64,000 bases of DNA from a virus, in IMG/VR virus record IMGVR_UViG_3300025840_003125; one strand, given 5' to 3'. Under the pieces are notes generated by a model. It ran no database searches. It was not told the DNA's origin and was given only the letters and a program-made list of their open reading frames with translations. The translations under genes and the position numbers were made by a program. This document shows, in pieces, positions 19,220 through 28,374 of the stretch (positions are counted from its first letter, which is position 1; each line of letters opens with the position of its first letter).

Positions 19220-20860
19220 ATGAGATTATTGATTATATTATTATTTTTATTTGTATCTACAAAAACTTTCGCTGAAGACAATCGTTTTGATTGTAGTTGG
19301 GATGATGACCCACCTTGTATAGTGATTCCTGTAGGTAGCTTAAATAATTCAAACGCATTAGGTGATAGAATAACACCTACAACAACAATTACAAAAACAG
19401 AAATAAGAGAACACAATCTAATTGATTTACCAAGTGTTTTAAATTACGTATCAACACTAGACGTTACACAATCAGGACCAAAAGGACAAACTGGTTCTGT
19501 ATTTTTAAGAGGTACAAACTCTAATCACACTTTAGTTTTATTGAATGGTATACCTATCAATGATACATCAACACCTACAGGTGCATTTGACGTTGGGCAA
19601 GACTTTATGTTTAACGTTGTACAAATAAATGTATATAAAGGTGGTGCAGGTGCTCATTGGGGTGCAGACGCTGTAGGTGGTGCAATTAATTTTATAACAA
19701 CTGTAGATTACGATAAAAGATATAATGTATCAGGTAATGGTAATGATAAAACTATAAGTGGTAATTATTATACTAGATTAAATGACTTTGATATATCTGT
19801 TTCAGCAGGTGAACATGAGTCTAAAAATGTTTCTGCTTTATCAGGTGCTGATGAAAAAGACGGTACAAAAAATCAGACTATAGGTGTCAATGTAAGTAAA
19901 TGGTATGATATGATACATTGGCGAGCATCTTGGTTTACAAGAAATACGTTTACAGATATTGATGGTCATAGTCTTGCTGTACAAGATGACAAATGGTCTG
20001 ATAATAGTTTTTATGCTTTTCAAACAGGTATAGATTACTTTAATAATAGTTTAACTTTTCATACACACGAATATGAAAGAATTTATGATGACGCTAATTA
20101 TGATAGTCAAAATTGGTCGTTAAGAGGTGTTCATCAAAGACAAAATTGGGGAATAGGTTTTGATTATAAACATGATGAAAATTATGGTAAATCTGCATGG
20201 TCAGAAAACACAGGTAGAAATCATGGCATGGGATACTTCTTTAATTTTTCATACAACATATTATCATATCATCATAGATTTGATGAAGACCATGAAACTT
20301 ATAAAATAGGATTCTTACAAGAATTAGACGATGGTTTAAGTATAAGTGGTAGTCACTCAACGTCATATAAAGATAAAACATTATACAGCGATGTAGTATA
20401 TGGTGACTCACAAGAGGTAACGTTAACTAAAAATAACTTTGCTACTACTATCTTTCAAAATGATATAGGTGATCTGAATACAAATGGTGTAGAGATGTCA
20501 TATAATACAGGTGATTGGAAACTTTTTGCAAGTAATTTAACAAGTAAAACAAAAGATGTATTATCATTAAGAAGACCAGAATGGTCACTTGGTTTTATTC
20601 ACAATAAGAAGTTTGAAAATAACTTTACTTTAACTACTAACTACAAATACAAAGGTAAACATTTAGATATACATAACTCAAACTGGTCTACAATATCAAT
20701 GCCAGAAACACATTTAGTTGATTTAAATCTAGGTTATAACTATCATGGATTTAATTTTGGTGTAAGTCTAAACAATCTATTGAATGAGAAGTATGAATCA
20801 CCTCATGGTTTCTCACAAGAAGGTAGAAAGTTTACTTTAGGTTTTAACAAATCATTTTAA
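19220..20860 (+). CDS. TonB-dependent outer-membrane receptor, BtuB (cobalamin)-like
   Basis: Signal peptide. Plug motifs SVFLRGTNSNHTLVLLNGIPI and YKGGAGAHWGADAVGGAINFIT. C-terminal LRRP, NNLLNEKYE...GRKFTLGFNKSF ending in Phe. Confidence 0.85.
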   Translation: MRLLIILLFLFVSTKTFAEDNRFDCSWDDDPPCIVIPVGSLNNSNALGDRITPTTTITKTEIREHNLIDLPSVLNYVSTLDVTQSGPKGQTGSVFLRGTNSNHTLVLLNGIPINDTSTPTGAFDVGQDFMFNVVQINVYKGGAGAHWGADAVGGAINFITTVDYDKRYNVSGNGNDKTISGNYYTRLNDFDISVSAGEHESKNVSALSGADEKDGTKNQTIGVNVSKWYDMIHWRASWFTRNTFTDIDGHSLAVQDDKWSDNSFYAFQTGIDYFNNSLTFHTHEYERIYDDANYDSQNWSLRGVHQRQNWGIGFDYKHDENYGKSAWSENTGRNHGMGYFFNFSYNILSYHHRFDEDHETYKIGFLQELDDGLSISGSHSTSYKDKTLYSDVVYGDSQEVTLTKNNFATTIFQNDIGDLNTNGVEMSYNTGDWKLFASNLTSKTKDVLSLRRPEWSLGFIHNKKFENNFTLTTNYKYKGKHLDIHNSNWSTISMPETHLVDLNLGYNYHGFNFGVSLNNLLNEKYESPHGFSQEGRKFTLGFNKSF

Positions 20861-22146
20861 TGTACGATACAATATTTTGGGCTATAATAGGAACTTTAAG
20901 TGGTGTCATCTTTGGTGTAATACCAGGTGCAGGACCTTTTGTTGCAACGGCAACTCTATATCCTTTTCTAACACATATAGAGCCTGTCAATGTTATGATG
21001 TATTACGTAACAGTTTTGATTGCAACTAATTATACAAATAGTGTAACTGCTATTCTGTATGGTATACCTGGTGACGCCACAGCAATGAGTACTGCAAGAT
21101 ATGGTCACAAATTATTCTTAAAAGGTTTTGGTAATCTAGCAGTTGCTTCTAACGCTGTAAGTAGTACAGTAGGAGTTATATTTGCTTTTACTGTTTTTAT
21201 TTTTGTATTGCCTTGGATCATAGAAGTTTTTAGATTTTATAATAGTGTACTACAGACAGTTATTGTTGCAGCTGCAATTATAATGATTACACTATTGACA
21301 AAACAAAATAAATTGTTTACAATAATACTGTTTTTATTCGGAGGCATGATTGCAAAAGTAGGTATAGACCCTATTACATTTGATAGTTTTTTGACTTTCA
21401 ATAACTCATACCTCGCAATCGGAATACCTTTTGCAAGTGTGATGATAGGATTATACATAGTGCCAGAACTAACAAAGTTAAATAGTTTTAAAGTAGAAGT
21501 ACCTAAACGTATAAATACTTTTACAGTTGGTAAAGATACAACTACGCCTACACTCATAGGAAGTTTTGTAGGATTTTGGTGTGGTCTTATACCAGGTGTA
21601 ACAAATATTCTTGGCAGTTATGCAAGTGCAAATATTGTTAAAAGGTTTTTCAAAAAACCTGTACTTAAAAGCATAGCAGCCGCAGAGGCAGCAAATAATA
21701 GTGGCGCCTTATCATCACTATTGCCTTTGCTTATACTAGCGATACCCATTACGGGAAGTGAAGTTTTGATTTATTATATTATGTTAGAAGATGGTTTCGT
21801 TTTCAACGCTCAAAATACAGTCAAACATTTAGAAAGTATAATTTATATTATACCCTTTGTTACTGCCTTTTGTTTGGGGTTAAGCTGGTACGGTTTCAAT
21901 CTGTTAGGTAAGATTGCATATCTCTATAAACAATATAGAACAATTGCAAACATCTTACTTCTCTCAATAATTAGCATTGCAAGTATATCAATATTCGCCA
22001 TACGTGAATGGATGATTATCTGTATATTTGTTTTGTCTATAATCGGGTTCTTAATTAGACGCTGGGATACTAGTCCTATTATTTACGGATACTTTCTAAG
22101 CGATCTATTTTACGAAAATTTAATTAGAACATTAATAATCTTATAG
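20860..22146 (+). CDS. tctA: Tripartite tricarboxylate transporter large subunit, TctA family
   Basis: GVIFGVIPGAG, AILYGIPGD, GLIPGV, AAAEAANN, LAIP. Polytopic membrane protein. Confidence 0.85.
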   Translation: MYDTIFWAIIGTLSGVIFGVIPGAGPFVATATLYPFLTHIEPVNVMMYYVTVLIATNYTNSVTAILYGIPGDATAMSTARYGHKLFLKGFGNLAVASNAVSSTVGVIFAFTVFIFVLPWIIEVFRFYNSVLQTVIVAAAIIMITLLTKQNKLFTIILFLFGGMIAKVGIDPITFDSFLTFNNSYLAIGIPFASVMIGLYIVPELTKLNSFKVEVPKRINTFTVGKDTTTPTLIGSFVGFWCGLIPGVTNILGSYASANIVKRFFKKPVLKSIAAAEAANNSGALSSLLPLLILAIPITGSEVLIYYIMLEDGFVFNAQNTVKHLESIIYIIPFVTAFCLGLSWYGFNLLGKIAYLYKQYRTIANILLLSIISIASISIFAIREWMIICIFVLSIIGFLIRRWDTSPIIYGYFLSDLFYENLIRTLIIL

Positions 22147-22157
22147 GAGATAAAAAA

Positions 22158-22934
22158 ATGAAAAAAATAATGTTAATAATAATGAGTATGTTGTTCAGTA
22201 CAATGGCATATGCTCAAGTACAAATAATCAATCCTGGTTCACAAGAAGGTGTCTTCAGACAAATTCTTTCTACAATAGGTGATACAACTGACCATAACTT
22301 TGTTCAGGCAGATAATCCAGTTACTGCATACACTTATATTGAAGGTGAATCTAATAAACCTATCTTAACGATATGGTCTAGTGAATGGCCAGGTGACGAT
22401 AGTTTGAAAAGTCCGAAAGTATCTAAAGATAACATTGTAGCTTTAATGACATATGAAACTCTTATGTGTAGTAGAGCATACAATTCACTTGAAGATATGG
22501 GTGGACAAACTGTTAAGATTGCGACATGGGGATCAGAACCAGTTGCAAAATTCTTAAAAAATTTAGGTGCAAAATATGATGTAAATTTTGTAGTTGTACC
22601 TTATTCTGGCAGCGGAAGTACTACTAAAGGTTATGTTGGCAAAGACGCCGATACTGTCTTTACAATTACTTCACGTCAAGCCGCATTAGAGGAAGATGGT
22701 TCTAAATGTATTGCCTTTTCAGAAAAAGGTGAATTAGGTTTTAGATTTGTTGACGCAATCATCACCATTAATGCTAACTACGCCTTAACAAATGAATTAC
22801 GTTCTGCTGTAACAAACCTCTCTACAACTACCGAGTGGAATAGTAAATTCAAAGGCTCTGTAACTTATGTTGGAAATGGTTCTAATCAAACTATAGAAAT
22901 GTTTGAAGAGGCTGTTGCTAACTTTAGTAAGTAA
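22158..22934 (+). CDS. TctC/Bug-like periplasmic substrate-binding protein
   Basis: Signal peptide, IINPGSQEG, VVPYSGSG...YVGKDAD (compare TctC VPYKGGG...GGxVD). Follows tctA. Confidence 0.65.
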   Translation: MKKIMLIIMSMLFSTMAYAQVQIINPGSQEGVFRQILSTIGDTTDHNFVQADNPVTAYTYIEGESNKPILTIWSSEWPGDDSLKSPKVSKDNIVALMTYETLMCSRAYNSLEDMGGQTVKIATWGSEPVAKFLKNLGAKYDVNFVVVPYSGSGSTTKGYVGKDADTVFTITSRQAALEEDGSKCIAFSEKGELGFRFVDAIITINANYALTNELRSAVTNLSTTTEWNSKFKGSVTYVGNGSNQTIEMFEEAVANFSK

Positions 22935-24252
22935 TACAATTATGTAAGAGCTGGTTGGCATCCTTATAGTTGTCAAACAGCTCTTGCTGATCTCTACCAG
23001 TTATGTTAAGATTTACATTAAACTTTTTGTTTTGTAGATTTTGAAATTCAGGTATATTCATACCGACTTCTAACTTCTTATTCAGATAATTTAGATATTG
23101 TTCAACGATTTCTATATTCTTTATTTCTTTAATTACACCAGGTTTTAATTGAGTACAACCCCATAGTAGATGATTTGTAATTTCTGGTTCTTTGTTGTTA
23201 CCTATATTGTTAAATATATTATTGCCAGGTAACTTATCTAATATATTAATAAACTGACCTATACGTGTATTAAAGTCTATTGCAATTAATTTTTTACCTG
23301 ATATGTGAAAGTCAGGACCTGCAAAGTACATATCTTTTACTTTTAGTTTATCAACTATAGTCTGTACGAAACCATACATTATTCTATGTTGCTCTTCATC
23401 TACTTCACTCACAGGTATAGACCATACTGCCATATCTTTTGCGATATCACTTTTCTTACTGATTGAATGTTGATCTATAGGATTTTTATGAAAGTCTAAT
23501 ATGTCGCCATACTTTACTTTAGCATTTCTTACATAGAATAAACAATCTACTTTACCATCTTTAACATAACCATAAGGTGATATAGATGGCTCTTCAGACC
23601 AATAGTATTCTTGTGCCATAATTTTACAAGGTACATTATTAAAGTTTTCATTTTGAATACCTGTTTTATTGATTTCAAAAAAATCATTATGATAATTTAG
23701 TTTACTTAAATGATCTAAAAAATGATGTTTGTTATTCCATCTTCTATACTCTATTATAGGTGTATTCTGATCTGATTTAGGATAGAAAGAATTACTACCA
23801 GTACCGATGTCAGGTTTTGTAAAAAACTCATTGCCATCAAATACATCTAGTTGACTATGAAAGGTAGGTGTAATACTTTTAGGTACGTTATGTTGTAGTC
23901 CTATTACTCTACAAAAATCATCAAGTTTCTGTTTATTACTAAACACTTCAGCTGCAAAGGCAGACATATTGTTTATACCGTAATAACTTTCTAATTGTGC
24001 TTGAATAGGAAATAAATTTTCTGATACACAAAACACTTTATCACAAGATATAATTTGTTTTGTGATTTCTATTATATCAAACTTCTTTGATACAACTAAA
24101 TCGTCTATGTGTTTTATGAAAGGTTTGTAGCGATCGCCTGACTTGTTTGGCACCACATCACAAACCAATGTGATGTGGTTATTTAAATTCGCTGTGATAA
24201 GACCTTCGGTCTTGTTAAGACTACGCTTATGTGATAATATAACTACATTCAT
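22924..24252 (-). CDS. ATP-grasp ligase (amino-acid/peptide ligase-like)
   Basis: FSNKQKL...PKS, FFTKPDIGTGS, MAQEY, DFHI...IAIDFNTRIG. Confidence 0.75.
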   Translation of the reverse strand: MNVVILSHKRSLNKTEGLITANLNNHITLVCDVVPNKSGDRYKPFIKHIDDLVVSKKFDIIEITKQIISCDKVFCVSENLFPIQAQLESYYGINNMSAFAAEVFSNKQKLDDFCRVIGLQHNVPKSITPTFHSQLDVFDGNEFFTKPDIGTGSNSFYPKSDQNTPIIEYRRWNNKHHFLDHLSKLNYHNDFFEINKTGIQNENFNNVPCKIMAQEYYWSEEPSISPYGYVKDGKVDCLFYVRNAKVKYGDILDFHKNPIDQHSISKKSDIAKDMAVWSIPVSEVDEEQHRIMYGFVQTIVDKLKVKDMYFAGPDFHISGKKLIAIDFNTRIGQFINILDKLPGNNIFNNIGNNKEPEITNHLLWGCTQLKPGVIKEIKNIEIVEQYLNYLNKKLEVGMNIPEFQNLQNKKFNVNLNITGRDQQELFDNYKDANQLLHNCITY

Positions 24253-24283
24253 TCATAATATATATGTGTTGATTAAATATTAA

Positions 24284-24634
24284 CTATTCAGCTGATGTAT
24301 CAAAATGATTCAAAACTCTTTCATCCGTAACAACCGCTCCTAATTCTTCAGAATTTATAAGATCATCAACAACTGGTAAAGCAGCTGCTTTTTCTTTCCA
24401 CTCTTTGTATAAAGCTTCAGTTTCAAATTCTTTTACAATTAAAACTGATTTCTTATCATCATTTAAAGTAGCATACTTATCTATTACATATAGTGCTTCG
24501 TTGTTAATGTGTTGGTTTATGTCATCTTCGCTTATTTCTGTTGATGAACTTTTATTAAAAAATTCCTCTACTGATCCAAACGTTAACGACTCATTTTTAT
24601 TAGTTAATTTCCATTGTTGAATATGTGTTTCCAT
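24284..24634 (-). CDS. Small acidic protein, paralog A
   Basis: TFGSVEEFF...LIVKEFETEALYKEWK. Similar to 24634..24999. Confidence 0.65.
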   Translation of the reverse strand: METHIQQWKLTNKNESLTFGSVEEFFNKSSSTEISEDDINQHINNEALYVIDKYATLNDDKKSVLIVKEFETEALYKEWKEKAAALPVVDDLINSEELGAVVTDERVLNHFDTSAE

Positions 24635-24999
24635 TAGTTAAACTCCTCTATTGTTTCAGTTTTTCCGTTATCGTTTGTACCCCAAGGTGTTATTTCTGCA
24701 AACAATCCTTCTTGTTCCGATAAATTAAAATCTATATTGGGCAATAAGCTTCTTTTCTTTTTCCATTCGTTATACATTGTAATGTTTTCAAATCTTCTAA
24801 CAATTATAACTGCTTTGTTGTCATTTGTTAAGACACCCATTTTTTCATATATATAAGTTTTATTTACTTCTTCGTGTGCCTTTAAATCTTCTTCATCTGT
24901 AGTTCCAGTATATGCTGAGTCAAAAAATTCATCAACTGACTCATAAGTTTTGTTTGGATCTACTAAATTTTTATATAAAAATTGTATATCTATTGCCAT
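24634..24999 (-). CDS. Small acidic protein, paralog B
   Basis: TYESVDEFF...IIVRRFENITMYNEWK. Confidence 0.65.
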   Translation of the reverse strand: MAIDIQFLYKNLVDPNKTYESVDEFFDSAYTGTTDEEDLKAHEEVNKTYIYEKMGVLTNDNKAVIIVRRFENITMYNEWKKKRSLLPNIDFNLSEQEGLFAEITPWGTNDNGKTETIEEFN

Positions 25000-25027
25000 A
25001 ATTTAACCCCAAATTGATTAATACTAT

Positions 25028-25045
25028 TATTTATACGTATAAATA
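25028..25045. promoter_or_regulatory. Perfect 18-bp palindrome forming two divergent T4 late promoters
   Basis: TATTTATA-CG-TATAAATA between the divergent genes at 24999 (-) and 25051 (+). Confidence 0.88.
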
Positions 25046-25050
25046 CTACT

Positions 25051-25386
25051 ATGGCAGCTACAGCTAATTATAATATAGACCAAGGTGCAACTTTCAGTTC
25101 AACTGTAACCGTAAGGGATAACAGCGGAGATCCGTTAGATTTAACGGGTTATACGGCAACTGCAAAAATGGCTTTGGGATATAGTTCCACAAGAACGAGA
25201 ACAGATTTAACTATTGTGTTTGATAGTGATAGAACATCAGGAAATGTTACAATGTCATTAACTGCAACACAAACGGCTGCTTTAGAAGCGCCTGCAAGAT
25301 ATGTTTATGATTTAGACATAACAGATTCTTCAGGAACAGTAACAAGAATAATTGAAGGTCTAATTACAACTAGACCTAACGTATAA
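25051..25386 (+). CDS. Virion adaptor protein (BppU-N-like beta-sandwich)
   Basis: NIDQGATF...DLTGYTATAKM...GNVTMSLTATQT..L...RYVYDL...RIIEG. Confidence 0.65.
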   Translation: MAATANYNIDQGATFSSTVTVRDNSGDPLDLTGYTATAKMALGYSSTRTRTDLTIVFDSDRTSGNVTMSLTATQTAALEAPARYVYDLDITDSSGTVTRIIEGLITTRPNV

Positions 25387-25397
25387 TAGGAGAAAAT

Positions 25398-25649
25398 ATG
25401 AGTAGTGAATTGAACACAGCAACAGACGTAACTAAAGAACAAACTTTTACAATTGATGGTAAAGACTATAAAAGAAGTGAGTTAAATACAAAAACTTTAA
25501 ATAGTATTATCATTAGACAAGACTTACAAGCAACCAGAGTTAAGTTGTCTTTAGAGTTAGAAAAAGTTGCTATTTTACAAAAACACTATGATGATATTAT
25601 TGCCAGTGAATTGGGTATTGATACATCAAAAGAAGCTGAAAAAAAGTAG
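25398..25649 (+). CDS. Small coiled-coil protein (possible fibre chaperone)
   Basis: TFTIDGKDY followed by a heptad-like helix. AGGAG RBS. Confidence 0.55.
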   Translation: MSSELNTATDVTKEQTFTIDGKDYKRSELNTKTLNSIIIRQDLQATRVKLSLELEKVAILQKHYDDIIASELGIDTSKEAEKK

Positions 25650-25679
25650 TTATTAATTAGTTTTACATTACCTTATTAT

Positions 25680-25687
25680 TATAAATA
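25680..25687 (+). promoter_or_regulatory. T4 late promoter
   Basis: TATAAATA in the intergenic gap upstream of 25715. Confidence 0.75.
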
Positions 25688-25714
25688 TTATAAACTTACT
25701 AGTAATAAGGTAAT

Positions 25715-25945
25715 ATGTCAGACAGAATAACAGCTACAATTAATAATAATACTTCGGGACCGAGAAGCGTTTCCGTTACCGTACCATCAGCTTCAACAAG
25801 GTTAAATGCTTTGAGTGATGTAAATGCCACATCATTGGCAGATGGTGCAATGTTACAATATGATAATGATTCTAAAAAATGGACAAGTCGAAATGATATA
25901 AAAACTGAAAGTGGTAATTTAATTCTTAACGGTGGCACATTTTAA
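25715..25945 (+). CDS. Small virion/fibre linker protein
   Basis: LNALSDVN...DGAMLQYD...KKW fibre module. Ends in NGGTF. Confidence 0.65.
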   Translation: MSDRITATINNNTSGPRSVSVTVPSASTRLNALSDVNATSLADGAMLQYDNDSKKWTSRNDIKTESGNLILNGGTF

Positions 25946-25965
25946 AAAAAAGGGAGAGATTTTAA

Positions 25966-28353
25966 ATGGCAACAATAATCAAAATTAAACGAACCACTGG
26001 TGCTAATGCACCCAGCGGCCTTAACCAAGGGGAACTAGCTTATGTCTATGATACTTCAGCAACCGATAGTGGTGCTGGTGGTAACGGTTATAGGTTATTC
26101 ATTGGTGATCCAACATCTTCATCTAATTCAGCAATTGAAATTGGTGGAAGATATTACACACAACTTTTAGACCACACACCAGGAACGCTAACTGCGTCTT
26201 CTGGTTTAATAGTAGATTCTAATAAAGCAATTGATGAATTGTTTATTGGTAATAATGCTACTACAGGTGGTACAATAAAATTAAACGAAGGTACTAATAA
26301 CGGTGCAAACTTTGTAGCTCTTAAATCTCCCAACTCATTAGCTGCAGACGTTACTTATACTCTTCCAGGTACTTACTCAAACGGTCAATTTTTAACAGTT
26401 GATGGTTCTGGTAATTTAAGTTTTGCTGCTATTCCATCAGGTTCATTTACACTTGCTGGTGATAGTGGTACTGACACATTTACTACTGGTCAAACTTTAA
26501 CGTTTACTGGTGACACAGGAATTACTACATCTATTACAGATAATGAAATAACAATAGATTTAGATGACACTGCTGTAACTCCAGGTAGTTATGGTTCTTC
26601 AACTGCAATTCCAACATTTACTGTTGATCAACAAGGTCGTTTAACAGCGGCTGGTACGGCTACAATATCAACAACTTTAGATATTGCTGCTGATAGTGGT
26701 ACAGACGATGGTGTTGCGTTAGGTTCAGACACATTAACATTTACTGGTGGTACAAACATTGATACTTCAGTTTCAGGTGATACAATTACAATTAGTACAC
26801 ACGCTGACGTACTAACAGCTTCATCAACACATACTTTAACAAATAAAACATTTGACGCAAATGGAACTGGTAACTCTATATCTAATATAGAAGTTGCTGA
26901 TTTTGCTTCAGGTGTTGTTGATACAGATTTAAGTTCTGTTTCTGCAAGTGATAATACACTTGCTTCTGCTAAAGCAATTAAAGCTTATGTTGACTCACAA
27001 GTTACAGCACAAGATTTAGATGTAACAACAGATTCAGGAACAATTGCTATTGATTTAGATAGTGAAACATTATCTGTTTCTGGTGGTACTGGTATTGATA
27101 CGTCTGCTACAGGTAATGCAATTACAGTAGCTATAGACAGTACTGTTGCTACATTAACAGGAAATCAAACTTTACAAAACAAAATAATTGATAGTGCAAA
27201 CAACACTTTAACATTAGATTTATCTGAAGGTACTTTAACTGGTACAATTGCTGAATTTAATAGTGCGTTAAGTGATGGTTCTTTTGCTACATTAGCAGGA
27301 ACAGAAACACTATCAAATAAAACACTTACAGCACCTAAATTTGCTGACGCTGGTTATCTTGCTGACGCAAATGGTAATGAGTTAATTCTATTAAGAACAA
27401 CTGCAAGTGCTGTTAATGAATTACAAGTTACTAACGCTGCTACTGGTGATGGTGTAGAGATTGCTACAACTGGTGGTGATACTAATATTGATTTAGTATT
27501 AAATCCAAAAGGTTCTGGTACTGTTGATGTTAATTCAAGTAGAATTACAAACGTTACTGATCCTTCAAGTGACCAAGACGCTGCTACAAAAGCATATGTT
27601 GATAGTGTTGCAAACGGATTAGATGTAAAAGAAAGTGTTAAAGTTGCTACAACAGCAAATTTATCTGCTACATATGATAATGGTGCAGGAACATTAACAG
27701 CTGGTTCAAATGGTGCAATATCAATTGACGGTGTTACTTTAAGTCAAGGTGACAGATTATTAGTTAAAGATCAATCAACAGATACTCAAAACGGTATCTA
27801 TACTGTAACAACTGTTGGAGATGGTTCAACTGCATATGTATTATCAAGAGCTCCTGATGCTGACACAGCTTCAGAATTAACTGGTGGTACTTTTTTCTTT
27901 GTTGAACAAGGTTCTACAAATGCTGATAATGGTTATGTTGCTACACATAACGGTACACCAACATTTGGTTCTACAAGTATTACATTTGCTCAATTCTCTG
28001 GTGCTGGTCAAATAAGTGCTGGTGATGCTTTAACAAAAACTGGTAATCAATTAGATGTTGCTGTTGACGACACTACAATTGAAATATCATCTGACGCATT
28101 ACAAATTAAATCAACTTATACTGGTCAAACATCAATCACAACATTAGGAACTATCAATCAAGGTACTTGGAATGGTACAGTTATTGACGAAGTATATGGT
28201 GGTACAGGACAATCTTCTTACACTACTGGTGATATTTTATATGCAAGTGGATCAAACACACTTGCTAAATTAACACTTGGTGCAAGTGGTAAAATTTTAC
28301 AATCAGACGGTAGTAATATTGCGTACGGCGACCTAGACGGCGGAACTTACTAA
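25966..28353 (+). CDS. Tail/virion fibre protein (795 aa)
   Basis: N-terminal IKIKR...GELAY domain, TVDQQGRLTAA, LTNKT repeats, DAATKAYVD, RLLVKDQ...QNGIY. Ends in DGGTY. Confidence 0.8.
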   Translation: MATIIKIKRTTGANAPSGLNQGELAYVYDTSATDSGAGGNGYRLFIGDPTSSSNSAIEIGGRYYTQLLDHTPGTLTASSGLIVDSNKAIDELFIGNNATTGGTIKLNEGTNNGANFVALKSPNSLAADVTYTLPGTYSNGQFLTVDGSGNLSFAAIPSGSFTLAGDSGTDTFTTGQTLTFTGDTGITTSITDNEITIDLDDTAVTPGSYGSSTAIPTFTVDQQGRLTAAGTATISTTLDIAADSGTDDGVALGSDTLTFTGGTNIDTSVSGDTITISTHADVLTASSTHTLTNKTFDANGTGNSISNIEVADFASGVVDTDLSSVSASDNTLASAKAIKAYVDSQVTAQDLDVTTDSGTIAIDLDSETLSVSGGTGIDTSATGNAITVAIDSTVATLTGNQTLQNKIIDSANNTLTLDLSEGTLTGTIAEFNSALSDGSFATLAGTETLSNKTLTAPKFADAGYLADANGNELILLRTTASAVNELQVTNAATGDGVEIATTGGDTNIDLVLNPKGSGTVDVNSSRITNVTDPSSDQDAATKAYVDSVANGLDVKESVKVATTANLSATYDNGAGTLTAGSNGAISIDGVTLSQGDRLLVKDQSTDTQNGIYTVTTVGDGSTAYVLSRAPDADTASELTGGTFFFVEQGSTNADNGYVATHNGTPTFGSTSITFAQFSGAGQISAGDALTKTGNQLDVAVDDTTIEISSDALQIKSTYTGQTSITTLGTINQGTWNGTVIDEVYGGTGQSSYTTGDILYASGSNTLAKLTLGASGKILQSDGSNIAYGDLDGGTY

Positions 28354-28374
28354 TCGTTTATATAAGAGAGATAT

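Noticed and set aside
1-25000. Possibility that the left part is bacterial DNA (prophage flank or chimeric assembly)
   Set aside because: Base composition looks similar throughout, genes overlap in phage style, and T4 late promoters sit at both divergence points, one shared with the fibre locus.
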